Assembly (NCBI GenBank): GCA_964247055.1
Contig: OZ176056.1
Location: 1,674,001 to 1,738,000 of the forward strand
Length of the DNA: 64,000 bases
Direction of reading: 5' to 3'
From: Paragordius varius
Taxonomy: Eukaryota > Animalia > Nematomorpha
The position numbers were made by a program, and so were the translations under genes. The notes below the pieces were generated by a model, which was given only the letters and a program-made list of their open reading frames with translations, did not search any database and was not told where the DNA came from. Below, piece by piece: positions 1 through 13,105 of the stretch. Position 1 is the stretch's first letter; each line of letters starts with the position of its first letter.

Positions 1-1499
1 AGTTCGCCGGTGGTATATTGGAAGTTTGAAGGGATTTCTTGAGTGCTGTTTTGAGCGTTTGTAGAGTCATTTAAACAGTTGGATTTGGGAAATAAACCTT
101 TATTAAATATGGATTGTAATTTACAAAGCGTAGATTTTTTACCAATAAGTGTGGTAAAAATGTCCACTTTGTACATCCAATCTGTTGTTAAACTTTCACA
201 CAACATTTGAGATATGAAACCAAAATCGCCACCGGTGTCGTCTGCGCTATTTTTATTGTCAGATTTAGTTTCACAATTTTGGTGTTTGTTGGTTTGTGTA
301 TTTACATTTTCTAATTCAACCATTTCTGGCAGGGTTTTATCAATTTGTAAAGGTTCGAGCTTTTTATCTTTGGTAATTAAAACATTTTCATCGGAAGTAG
401 CCGTTATTATGCCCAATGATTCCTGTAGAGTTTGTTGGGAATTCTTGAAACAAAGATCAGATGTTGAGGTGATATTATCGAGTTGATTGGATACAGGGTT
501 AGCTTTTCGTTTTCGACCCCTGCGTTTAGCTGAAAGACCTGGATTTTGAGAGAGCGGTTTAATTTCCGCAATATCACTGGTAGGTTTAAACCATTCAACC
601 CTACCAGTTCGCTTAATTAACCTTCTTTCAATTTTTTGAATGACTTTCAGGGATTCCTCATTCATATCATCTGTCGTGGAATCTGGAATTATTTCTTCCC
701 CAGTGTCCTCATCCAATTGTTCTAGCGAATAAAAGGGTGGATTACACATTGTAAATTGAAATTTATCAAACGATTGAGTATTCAATGTTGGCAATATAGC
801 GCCACTCTGTTTTAGGGCTTCTAAAGTATCTTTGGAAACGAGGCTAATGTGAGATGCAAGTTTATCCTGATTTTCTTGAATAGTTTGATATGCTGATTCG
901 TAAGCCTGTTCATCAATCTCGGTGCACAAAAAAGTCCAATTATTTTTGAGGGAACCTAGAATGGCATAAATACAGCAACATCCAGTTCCAATGTCTAAAC
1001 CATTTGTAAAATTCGATCCCACAAACCGATCATGAAATGGTATTGTATCAAGATAGGACACGGAAAGAAGATCTTCAATCCATAAAATATAATTTAACTT
1101 CTGAGATAAGGTGGGTACTAATCTACCGGGCGGTATATTTACAGTGATATCAAAATGGTCTTTGAGTTGGACAGTCATAAGGGTAGCTACGGCGTTCGGT
1201 TTGGTAAAATCGATTGTTTTTTGCAAAAATTTACCTTCTTTTAAGCAATTTTCGGTAAGTTGCGCTTGCGATGACGTTAGATTCCAAGTTTTAAGAGCTC
1301 TGGAATGAACATCACAACTGTATTCGGCCAATTGTTTATCATATTTGTGGCATAATAAACTAAAATCTACCATATAAGACTTGAACAAATTCCTGTGATG
1401 CATAAATTTATTGAAGCCAGAAGGACCATACCTGTGTGGAACAATGGTGTCGTATTCTTTGATTTTGTTATAAAAAGGTGGTGGTTTCAATTCAGACAT
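1..1499 (-). CDS. METTL16: U6 snRNA/mRNA m6A methyltransferase METTL16; intronless in the visible part, 3' end beyond the window edge
   Basis: Open frame from the ATG at 1499 to position 3 with no stop found. Motifs: MHHRNLFK, IPPGRLVPTLSQKLNYILWIEDLL, GLDIGTGCCCIYAILG (SAM motif I), FTMCNPPFY (732-743), GGDFGFISQMLCES, FTTLIGKKSTL. Not in the ORF track, probably because it has no stop inside the window. Confidence 0.95.
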   Translation of the reverse strand, partial: MSELKPPPFYNKIKEYDTIVPHRYGPSGFNKFMHHRNLFKSYMVDFSLLCHKYDKQLAEYSCDVHSRALKTWNLTSSQAQLTENCLKEGKFLQKTIDFTKPNAVATLMTVQLKDHFDITVNIPPGRLVPTLSQKLNYILWIEDLLSVSYLDTIPFHDRFVGSNFTNGLDIGTGCCCIYAILGSLKNNWTFLCTEIDEQAYESAYQTIQENQDKLASHISLVSKDTLEALKQSGAILPTLNTQSFDKFQFTMCNPPFYSLEQLDEDTGEEIIPDSTTDDMNEESLKVIQKIERRLIKRTGRVEWFKPTSDIAEIKPLSQNPGLSAKRRGRKRKANPVSNQLDNITSTSDLCFKNSQQTLQESLGIITATSDENVLITKDKKLEPLQIDKTLPEMVELENVNTQTNKHQNCETKSDNKNSADDTGGDFGFISQMLCESLTTDWMYKVDIFTTLIGKKSTLCKLQSIFNKGLFPKSNCLNDSTNAQNSTQEIPSNFQYTTGE

Positions 1500-1575
1500 G
1501 TGCCTTTTAAATTTTAACCAGAATTAGTTGGCATATGGCATATTTGAAATTTTTAAACTGTTTTTTCGCACTTCG

Positions 1576-2128
1576 ATTCAAATTGGGGTATCTAAATACC
1601 ACAAACTAAATTTGAATTAGGATTTTTAAATAACTAGTTTTAAATTTATGCTTCTATCCTAATAAAAATTATATAAATATACCAAAATATCTAAATAAAA
1701 TTTTGTTTTGAAGAAAAGTTCCATGTCGAACTACTTCAACGCCACTTTTATTATACAAAATTTTTGCTAAATACCGTCTTCATTCAATTTAATGGGTAAA
1801 ATTAGAGCTAATTTTATTTAAATTAGATCTAACATTGATAGAAACAGAAAAAGCGGTTTATTTTGTATTATTTTTCAATTATACCATTGCACACATGTTA
1901 CGCCAACTAAATTTTTTCTTTTGTGTTTTAGCTTATAAGTAAAATCAAGTATTTTTGAATAAAATTTTTTTATATATTTCGGTTTATTTATGTTATATAA
2001 GTGCAAAATTTTGCCATGGTTTTGATTCCCTCCATATATTTTAAAGAATTTAATTTAAAACTGGGGTATTTAACTAACCCAATTTGAATCAAAGGACTAA
2101 AATAAATGTGTTGTATCCAAGTGTTAAT
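1576..2128. mobile_element. Non-autonomous element family E, copy 1
   Basis: Imperfect inverted repeats ATTCAAATTGGGGTATCTAAATACC / GGTATTTAACTAACCCAATTTGAAT (ends 2089). Colinear with 4728-5286, including ~40 bp beyond the right repeat. Confidence 0.75.
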
Positions 2129-2332
2129 ATAAAACTGGTAAAATGTTATTTAAACTCTTATATATTATACTTTTGTTAGTCTGCGGCAAAAAAGAAGATG
2201 AAAGTTTTAAAAATTAGCATTTTTTTCAATACTAAGAATCTTTTAAGGTTTAAAATTTAATAAAGTTGGAGTATAAAATCAGCTTAAAAGTCATAAGTAA
2301 AATGATCTCACAATCTTGGCTCTTCGCTTTAA

Positions 2333-2886
2333 TATAACATTTGCAATTCAATAGTGTCCTTGAACATTTCAAGTTGGTCCTTGAATCCAAATCGTAATTC
2401 ATTTTATCGTTTTTATCCTATTTTCTATTATTTAACACAAAATTTTAAATCATCAACTTATAATCATATATAAACCGTATATCTTTATTAATATCTTAAT
2501 TTATTTTTCATATTTATAAGATCATAACACCTAATTAAAAATATATAAGTTTTCTGGGTATTATTTACATTTCTCAATGAAAACATTTAAAAGTTAATAA
2601 AAATTTTAAATTGGGAAAAAAATTAGTTTGAAACAAAAAAGTGGTTTTTGAATAGAAATTTTTGTTTTAAATGAATAAATTTATTACAAATCAATAATAT
2701 TAGGTTAAAAATTTAGTTAAAAAATACATGTAATAATGATTATATCAAAATTAAAAAATTTTAAGGACCAGCAAGTGTTCAAGGACCAATTTGAAGTGTT
2801 CAAGGACCAACTTGAGGTCAAGGACCAACTTGAAATGTTCAAGGACTTGAAGTATTCAAGGACACTCTAGAAGTACAAATGTTATA
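2333..2886. mobile_element. MITE family B with subterminal 21-bp repeats (GGACCAACTTGAAnTGTTCAA)
   Basis: TIRs TATAACATTTG...GTGTCCTTGAA. Homologous along its length to 37289-37894. Confidence 0.8.
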
Positions 2887-3840
2887 TGAAGAGAACTTGA
2901 CCATTGTAAACAGGTCAGAAATTTGAGACTCTCGGCCACAAAAATAAATTTTATAAAAAGAATGGTTTGTTTTTTACATATAATTTTGATATATTTTGTG
3001 ATTTTTAGTAATAAAGCATTAATCTTTCACCAAAAAATATTTATTTTGTTAAATATACCCGAATTTTACCATTTTCAGATATGAAGTTACCATAAAACTG
3101 GTAGCCACTTCTTTTATCACTCATAACGGTCAAAATCAAAAGCACCATGAGAATCTTTATACTTTTTCTATATTATAGATAAAACCAGGATATTTTCTAA
3201 TATTCCCCAATTTTGCGCATAGTATAACAGACCTGCAAAATTTGAAAGTCGGTGCTTTCTTTGGTTGTATCATATACCATTTTTGAATTTCAAACACAGT
3301 GTGAATTTTCATTTTGTAAAGTTATGTAGGCACTGACAATTCATTTTTTGCATATTAGGAATAAGTTTTGCAGTCGTTTTTATGCAAACGCTTTTTGTAA
3401 AGACAATACCAAAAAATTATTTAAAAAATATTAATATCATTACAATAATAAATATATTAAAAACGCTTAATAAAATTATATTAAACAGTTTTCTAACCAT
3501 TATGCCAGTCTAAAATTTGAATACCTCGATTGATACAAACAAGCTACCAATATTTAGCTGAAAAATAGGATGTAAAAGTTAATTTAATAAAAATTCAATT
3601 TATATGCATGTGCTCACCATTTTAGCAATTAATAAAATCTTAAAAAAATTGTCCACAAAAAGTTTGAGATGAGTATTTAACAATTTTACATAATTAAAAA
3701 TATGTTTTGAATTGATGTCTTATTATAAATACTTATTTAAGCATGGATTACTTTTAAATGAAAAGTTATCAAAATCATTTTGAAATCAAAAAAGTATTTG
3801 TGAATGAATTTAATATAATTTTTATACGATTCATAACATA

Positions 3841-4108
3841 CAGTAAAAACTAAATTATACGGACAAAATGTAAAGATATAAAGGCTAATATTTTTTCCTA
3901 AATGAAAACCTAACTTTTAAATCTAGATTTGTATCAAAATTCATTGTTTTGAATGGCAAAGTTTGAAATAAAGATATATAATACTAACACAATCAGTTTT
4001 ATATTATACGTTGTAACTATATAGCTTATATAGGAAACATTTAGGTTTTAAAAAGTATTATCTGTCAATATATTTTAACGTTTCGTCCGTATAACTTCAA
4101 TCTTACTG
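3841..4108. mobile_element. Tc1/mariner-type MITE family C (TA|CAGT...ACTG|TA)
   Basis: TIR CAGTAAAAAYTRAATTATACGGACAAAA, TA on both sides. Further copies or fragments at ~13782-14033, 22623-22878, 26517-26770, 27466-27500, 32962-33247, 48077-48365, 57656-57940 and 58017-58265. Confidence 0.8.
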
Positions 4109-4727
4109 TAATAATACAATTGGTAAGTATGTTGGAACTAACTAATAAGTAATTATATCTAATTTAATTACTTTTAATTAGTATTACTTAAAAAAATATT
4201 ACAATATTATGCTAAGATTATTTTTGCTTTGACTTTTGTGCAGCTTTAATGCTATAAAGATATAACTGAGTCAATATTTATTAAAAAATTATATAGTAAA
4301 AAATAAATTTTTAAAAATTAACTAGAAAAATAATTAATGCAAAAGATAGGCTAATATATATTTTCAAAATATATATGAAAAAAAAGTTTTATATAATCTT
4401 TTTATAAGTTACTTTATAATCCTTAAAAAAACAATGAATAAACAAAAAATGTCAAACAGATTTTTAGCGTATAATAGCCGTTTTTGCTTATTTTTTCCTG
4501 AAAAAATTATTTTAAAAAATATTCAATTTTAACAAAACAGTGGATGTTTATTTTTTAATCCATTCAAACATTTATTTTAAAACTATAGTTTTTCGAAATA
4601 TCCGATTTTAATATTACTTACTTTTTTTGTATAAAACTAGCTTTAGTCTCTCAAATACGAAATTAATGTAAATATAGGAAATTTAGTTTTTCTAACATTC
4701 CATATAAAAAAATAAATTAACATTTCA

Positions 4728-5286
4728 ATTTAAATTGGGGTATCTAAAGACAATATATTAATTTATATTTTTTATACGAAAGAAACGGTTCCAATTTAAA
4801 TTTATGCTTCTATCCTAATAAAAATATATAAATAAGCCAAAATCTCTAAATAAAATTTAGTTTTGGAAAAAAATTCCATATCAAACTACTTGGACACCAT
4901 TTTTATTTCACAACATTTTTGCATAATATCGTGTTTATTTGACTCTAAGCCAAAAATTAAGTTTACTTTTTTATTAAAATCTCATATAACATTGATATAA
5001 AAAAATGTGGTATCTTTTGCATTATTTTTGTATTTGGCTATGCACTCATGTCATGATGGTTAAATTTTTACATTTGGGTTTTACCTCTGAATAAGTAATA
5101 TCAAGTATTTTTGAATAATTTTTTTTTGCTATTTCAGCTCATTTATGTTATATAAGTGCAAACTTTTGCCATGGTTTCAATTTATTCCACATTTTTTGAA
5201 ATATTTAAATTTAATCAAGTCTGGGCTATCTAACTACACCAATTTGAATCACAGGTCTGAAATGAATGCGTTGTATCCAAGTGTTA
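4728..5286. mobile_element. Non-autonomous element family E, copy 2
   Basis: Colinear with 1576-2128 (shared TTTATGCTTCTATCCTAATAAAA, AAGTGCAAAnTTTTGCCATGG, TTGTATCCAAGTGTTAA). Confidence 0.75.
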
Positions 5287-8200
5287 AGTATTAAGTTCAT
5301 TTTAGATTCATATTTTTCTATTAACATGTAAAATTTTTAGATTAGAGATATCTCAAGGTGAAAATTAACATAAAAATTGAGACAAAAATATAAATTTTAT
5401 TAAATTACAGTCAAGGCATCAATTGCATATAGTTTCAAATATATATATATTTCCATATTTTTATTATATATATATGGTAAAAATAAGATATAACTATAAA
5501 ATTTAATTATCCATGGAATATGCTATTTATATGCCATAAATTATTCTTCATATATAGTATAATAAAAATTTTATATAAAAAAAAATTAAATGTCATATAT
5601 ATATATTAAAAATTGAAATTCGGAATATTTTAATATGATAGACGATTTAGGAAACGCGCATTTCCGTATAAATTTGCTTATGGATAAAAAAAATTAATTA
5701 AAATATCAAGGCTAAATTTTTGAACAAGCTATATTTTTTAATATCAAAATTTTTTAAAATATTTTTTAATATTGGAAATTAAAATATTTGGGTTCAATTT
5801 TAAATATCTTTCCCCCCCCCCAATATTGATTAATTTCTCCAAAAATATTTGCATTTTTAAATACACAAATATAAATATGTATATATTAAATAAAAATAAA
5901 ATCTAAAACCCAACTTTCGTATATTCATATTCATTAATTAAATAATGGAAGAAAATTAATCAATAAAATGTGTGTCTACAATAAAATATTTAATAATATT
6001 TAATAATATATATATATACACATTATATTTAACTATTTATATTGTTAGATATACGATTCAAAAAATTTTAATATATCGAGAAATAAAACAATAATAATAT
6101 TAAACAGATGAATATAGTAGGACTCCTATCACAAATTCCTTTGCTGTTTTATATTCCAAAAAAAAATTTTTTCCCCAAAAAAATATTAAATTAGAAATAT
6201 GTTTGGAATTTCTAATCATGTTTAAATAATTTGATCATTCATATCTCTTTTTACACAAATAAATTCTAAAATGGATTTACTGCGGCGAAAAATTCTGAAA
6301 AAATCTCTAACTATAGATGTTGAGGAAGTTAGTTTCTATAAATTTTTTACATTTTTAAAATTAAACATCGTATTTTTAAAAATTAAAAATCTTATTTATA
6401 AAATTAAAAATCTTAGTTTTCAAATTATTTTGATTTATATATTTCGGTAAATTTATAAAAAATTTTGGCTGCTAAGATAATTTTGACTCTGTTTTTGCCA
6501 TTGATCAGTAGTAAATAGTCTTAATTCTTAAAATTAGTTTCAACTGAGTTGATAATAAGTTCATATATTTTATATAATCCACAATATAGTGAAATAAAGA
6601 TATTAACAAACTTATAAACTATCCCTTTTTGAATCTTGTAATTAAGTTTTTGGGTTAATTTCTAAAAAATCATTCTATATATATATCAACACATTCCAAA
6701 CAATGTTACCAATATTAAAATCATGGGTATATAATCGTAATTTTCGAAAAATTTAATTAAATACGATTTTTCCCGAAGTTAAGGGTTCATTAGAAAAATT
6801 TTATCCGACTTATCTGAAAGAAAGCGTTTGACACTACCTAGTTAAAGGAATTACTAAAATCTATAAAAAATAATAAAGTTTTATGCATTTTCCAACTAAC
6901 AATTATTCTACACTTGGCTAATAAAATGACCATATATACCTTCATTTCTAATGTAAAATATTTAACATTTAATTGATATTTGGCCTACATATTTCCATAT
7001 AAATTGTTTAATACTTATGACCTTCCATTTTTTGTCCTTGATGAACAGAACTCAATCTTATAATGAAAGTTATTTTTTTAGTTTAAAATTTAATTATCAA
7101 ACAAACATTTTTCTCCTGTATATAAGATAAAAAAACTTATATTTTTACACTTTTTCTAACTTTTAGAGTCGAATATTACGACAGTTCTAAGCACAATTAA
7201 GTAAAACATCTGATTTTAAACTAATAAATATCAAGTTTTTTGCTGGAAAAATGCAACCTGAAACACTTTACTAAAGTGAATTATTTACATTTTTCTAACC
7301 ATAATATAAATTTATCTGCCTTATTGTATTAGCGATTTAAAAAAAGGAAAAAAATGGCGGCGAAAAAGTTTGAGATGAGTATTCTTTAATTTTTTCAATT
7401 TTTAAAAAATATTCATGTATTATGCGCCTAAAAGGCTAAAGAAAGCATATTTATAAATTGTTTAAGATACTCCAAATCGCGCTGGTATATAAAACTACCC
7501 CTACATGAAGTGTTAAAGACACGTTGAATTATTTAAACATAATTTTCCATTTTTATAGCATGTCAAATATTCAGAAAAAGAGGTGTTTCGAAATTATCAC
7601 ATATAAAATATATATATATATATATATTAATTAATTTATTAATTAAAAAAAATTTAATTTTGCAAGGATGGCTCCAAATCCATTTTTTAATGATTTAAGT
7701 ATTTTTTTGAATGCCTATCTCTCCCGCGGTCTTAATTAATTATATTTTAATGGATTTTTCCAATTTTCACAGTCACTGTCATATATTTATAAAAAAATGA
7801 GCAAAATATTAATGATGTATATATTTATTTTTCTTAACAATTATTTTTGAGATGTACATTTTCGTTAAAAATCATAAATATATATATATAAAAATATATA
7901 ATATAAGTATACTGATTCCATTTTTAAAGTGATTCTGTAATATAAACATTGATTGGAATAAAATAAAATTTAATTATATATACCAATCATTAAAAATAAG
8001 GCGAAATTACATTTACCATATTTTTGAAGGTCATTCATAATTTTTATGGCTTATAAAAACTACTATTTTATAAGGAGAAAAAATGCAATAAAAAATATTT
8101 TTTCAAACTACCGCTGTATTTTTTAAACTTAATTATCTCAAATGTAACTTATTGTTTTAAATGTCATAATATGAAATAAAGATGTAAAATGTTAATATCA

Positions 8201-10555
8201 ATTATATATTTTTTATATAAAAATTCAAGGTTTTCAAAGTATAGTTATTTTCTTTTCAAAAAAGTATGACTCTATTAAAAAATTGATTATCTTATGTTTT
8301 TTACTTTATGTCCGTAAAATTTAAATTTTCATAAATTTGTTATGTAATAAATTCCTGAGCACAACTCTTATTTTAGACCATAAGCATTAAACCAGAGGTG
8401 TCCAACACAAGATAGGGCTACATTCGAATATATGGTCATTTATAAATAATTTATTAGATTTCAAGCAGCATAAGACTGTTAAATTGTGTAATAAATACAC
8501 ATGGTAGCAAGTCCTTTTTTACTATACGATTTTTTAATTTCATGATTTGTATTGAATTTTAGATATTATTTAGTGTCATTTTCAACGTTTTTTTAAAGTT
8601 TTTAAAATGGAAAATTTGTATTTATAGGTATGGATTGCAAAAAATGTGTTTTGATCTTTGATAAAAAGATTTAAAATAGGAATTAAAGTATAAAATATCT
8701 CTTCAATATCTGGATTGCTAAATTTTAGATTTGAAGTTAAAATTAACTGTGTACTTCTGCAATAAAACAATAAAGTATAGGGTGGTGTACCCAGAGGAAA
8801 AATTGCCTAGTAATTTTTTGAATTCATCTATCATTTAATCTATATATAAAATTTCTTAAATTTTGCTTAAAGCCATCTTATAACTATATAGAAGCGAATT
8901 TAACACAGGGTGGTACTCAACCGAGCTAGCCTAAAATAATCTTTTATACTGGGAATTATACCTAAAACCAAATTATATTTTTTATTCATTTATACTTGGG
9001 CAAAAAATGGCCCCAGGGGACATTGTATTTTTTCACAAAAATGCATGTTTTAAAATAAGAAGAGGCTAAATACGAGGGATTTCGAAATGGTATACCGATT
9101 GTACGGTGCTTTTTGGTAAAAATAAAAAAGATTTTCATCTGAGTTGGCTTACACGTTTTCTGAAAAATGATCTTAAAACTACGATATTTTTGGAGCCTAG
9201 CTTTTTTCTAAAAACCTATTTTCACATCGGTGCTTAACTAGGGGCTAAATTAAAAAAAAGAAAAAAATATGAAAAATCACAAAGCTATAATTTACATTTT
9301 TGTAAATATATATTATATTTTAGAAAATATGTTATATAAGTTTAAGTGCAGAGATGCGGGACGGCGATAGCCTATTTTATAATTTTATGGATTATTTTCA
9401 GTAGTAAAAAACTCTATAAATTAACTGAATATCCAATCTAAAAAAATTTATCCTTAGAAAAATAAAATAACTAAATAGTAGAAGACATCAATTAAAAATA
9501 AAAATTTTAGACATCCTACACCACAGAAAGGACAGTTTCAATTTTTCCATTTTGCCCTACAGAATGATTATAAAATTGGCTTAATTGAATTAAATATTTG
9601 ACTCCTCTGATTTAAAACTTGGTAATGAAAAAAATTTTGTTATTATTAATTTAAAACAATCTGAATGTTTACAAGCTTCAAAATATTTGATCGAAAATCT
9701 CTAAATTTTTACGTTTTGTCCGTATAATTATAAAATATAAATAGCTCTCATTCATTGTTCTCACAAATTAACATTGTTTTAAAATACATAATCATGGAAA
9801 AAAGCAGTAAAAACACAAAAAATTATAAGGGTATTTATAACATCAAAAGTATAAAAAATAAATTAATTTTTCCATTTACCTGTATTGTGTATTGTTAATC
9901 AATCTTAGAAAAACCCTATTGGATAAAACTTTTTCATATCACTATTTTATTATATTTGTATTAACTTGATTAAATAAAATATAATTATTTTATAAACATT
10001 TAATTTGAAATAATTATATTGATTCCGATGTTTTCTTTAATACATAAACCGGGACATTTCTGGTCAAAAAAATTGTCACTGTCTTCCAATAGAGAGGTAA
10101 TATAAAATTTTAAAATATTTTAACTTTTTTTTATTTTAAAACTTTTTAAATATTTAATTTTTTCAATGAAATATTTTTTTCACCTTTTTAAGAAATATAT
10201 TAAAGTGTTTATGATTTTTTGCAATAAAGACAAATTTAAAGAGAATTTAATTTTAATAATTTAATTTAAAACATTTATTATGATATTTAATAAAAATAAA
10301 TTTTATTTTAACCAAAATTTTACATTTTTTGATATATGGATTTTTTTGATAAAAAATTTATTTATAGATTTAATATTACCTATTTAGCCTTTATAAAAAT
10401 CTTGAAGAATATCAATTTATTATTGATTTGCCCCTTTGAGATTTCAAATTTTAGCTTTTACCGCTTGAAATCTAAACTTAAAAACAATAAAATACCATTT
10501 GGGAATTCTGAATCGGTCATTTTTATTTTTTTAGGAATTATTTAATCTTTTTAAT

Positions 10556-10792
10556 CAGTGGCGTAAAGGGAAGATAATGCACTGCCAGATTCTTAAAAAT
10601 TTAATTTTATTTCAAAAAATAGGTATTTAAAAGTTATGATTTAAAATAATACACAAAAAAATCACCCATTTATGAGTTCGTCCCGTTCATGGTGTAAATT
10701 TGATTATTTTTTTTAGAAATACAAAGGGTCGCATGGAGGGGGAGGGTGGCATCACGGATCATCGGGCGCCAGAAATGCAAGCTATGCCTCTG
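10556..10792. mobile_element. hAT-type MITE with 8-bp target-site duplication
   Basis: Ends CAGTGGCGTA / TATGCCTCTG. Identical 8-mer TTTTTAAT on both sides (10548-10555 and 10793-10800). Confidence 0.75.
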
Positions 10793-12377
10793 TTTTTAAT
10801 ATCATATAATTTTAAATTCACAATATAAGTTTTCTAAAAAAGTCAAATATCCGGATAATTGTATGTTTCAACATTTGAGGTCAAGGTTTTACTCATCTAT
10901 ATTTAAATTTATTCTTAATAGGGACACTTTGTGATTTTAACCTTATAATGTATCATAATATTCTAAATGTAATCATATCTTAATTTTGGGAGACTTAGTT
11001 CCAACTTCTTTAACAAAATAAAAAACTTGTTAATATCAACCCAAATTGAAAATGCATATTTTCCTTTATGATCAAAATAGAAAAATTTGTTTTCAAATAT
11101 TTATTTCTTCATATATTTACCTTGATTTTAAACTAAAGTTAATTTTTAGCGTTATAAAATTGATTCCACAATTTTAGATTGAATGCATTTACCTAAATCA
11201 ATAATTTGCATAAGAGCTTTGAGACATGATATGTCAAATTACAACGGATTTTTTAAAATAATTATCAGCTGTTTGGCCCTTTTATATCTATTTATCTTGT
11301 TGTACGGCTACCAATTATTTTTGATACCCATATAAATATAAAATCTTGCGAAATATTTAAGTTTTCCAAATTGTTAAGAATAAGCTAAAATCGGTCATCT
11401 ATTGTATTTTAAACATTTTAATTTTTGGAGCAGGGGTGTCAACACGGACTAAAAAAATTGAAATTCCATATTTTTGCAAAAATAATCACTAAATCCTACT
11501 AATACAAAAGTAATACAATTTTTAAAATATTTAAATTTTAGCAACAAACTAGCCAAAGTCAAGTAAATTGTAATTATTTTATCCTTCTATTTTTTTACAG
11601 TGTTATGTTAAAAACTTGATATTTATAAATGCCCAAACATTTTTCGAATGTGCTAGCCGGCTTATTGATTTAAAAATGCCACCCGCATAGCCATTTGTGC
11701 AGAGCTATGCATTTGTCCTAAACACTATGAAAAAATTATAATTATATAAATTACTCTAAGAAATATTAATATTTAATTAATTTCGCGAAAATTAATTAGC
11801 TAAAATCGATATGATAAAACTCAAATCATAGGTTTTTGCAGATTTTTATTAATTAATTATTTAATTAAGTATTTTAATTTCAGCCGGATGCCATAGTTCA
11901 TAATGCTTATGTCAAGCAAACATATTAAATTTTATAACCTAAACTTGATCTCTATTATAATATTTGTAGGATTTTTTCAACTGTAATAGTTTAAACCCTA
12001 TATACACACATATTATAAGCAAAATTACCCCTTATAATGCAGTTTCTTATAAAAAAAATTAAAATACATTAAATCACCTTTGGGATTTGTTACACAACGA
12101 TTTAAATATAATTATATTTAACTTCTATTAGAAAAAAAATTAATTTTACTAGTCAAATATTTTTTGGTTCTTTTTGTTAAAATCCTAAAACGCTAAAAAA
12201 CAAAAATTAAAATATTTTTTTGAAAAATTTTTAACAGCAAATTTTAGTCTTTTTTTACTGTTTGTTTTGGATACTTGTGGTTTTTAAACTGTCCCAAAAT
12301 TAACTTTCATGTTTAAATTATATTATAGCTAAAATACGCTATTGTTAAATATTTTATTGAAGATTTGAGCTCTAAGA

Positions 12378-12852
12378 CGGTGGTACCCAACCTTTTTGCA
12401 CATACCCCACCGAATTGAATATATTCTTTACCCCCCCACCCCCCCAAAAAAAACAAAGATAGAAATTCAAATTTTATAATATTATGAAAACCATAATTAA
12501 TAACATGCCTGTATCAACAATTGTTAAAATATTTTTTCCGCGTTGGGGACAAATCTTGATAATATGCACATAAGATCATCATTAACTTTAACCTTCAATT
12601 TTTTTCTAGTTTTAATTTTTTGTTGAATCAGCACTAAGAATTCAGTTTCACATAAATACGTTAATTCAAAAGGTATATTAAAATTCCTAATGCAATAATT
12701 AATTTTAATTCTCAATGTTAGGAGTAACAATGATTTTTTAATAGTTAAATCATATTATTACTCTTGAAACAAATATAATGTGTTTATCGAAATTTTTGCC
12801 CCTCTTAAATCTACGCCCCCCTTAAGAGGATTTGCTTCATTGGGAACCACTG
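12378..12852. mobile_element. hAT-like MITE (CAGTGGTTCCCAA-type ends)
   Basis: CGGTGGTACCCAAC ... TTGGGAACCACTG inverted ends; no clear TSD. Similar lone ends near 8392, 11430 and 21127. Confidence 0.55.
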
Positions 12853-12949
12853 GGCACCCAAACTGTATTTTTCATGCAAGAATTAAAAAAAATAAGGAAA
12901 TTGCACATATCTAAATAAACGAAATTTAAAGTTTTTCTTTTTGAAAGAA

Positions 12950-13105
12950 TCACTCTTTATAAATATTCCCTAATAATATTTTTGTAAAATTATAAAATAA
13001 TATAGGTAATTTTTAATCGTAAAAAACACACAATTTATTTTAGGGTGGAATTGTCAAGGGTGAATTTGAATTATTCAAGAGGGAATTTGAAGTGTAAATG
13101 GTATA
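12950..13105. mobile_element. MITE family A, right-hand fragment
   Basis: AGGGTGAATTTGAATT repeats ending in TGTAAATGGTATA. Confidence 0.65.

Noticed and set aside
214-1308. Track ORFs 214-486, 407-598 and 1111-1308
   Set aside because: Antisense or off-frame shadows of the METTL16 coding sequence.
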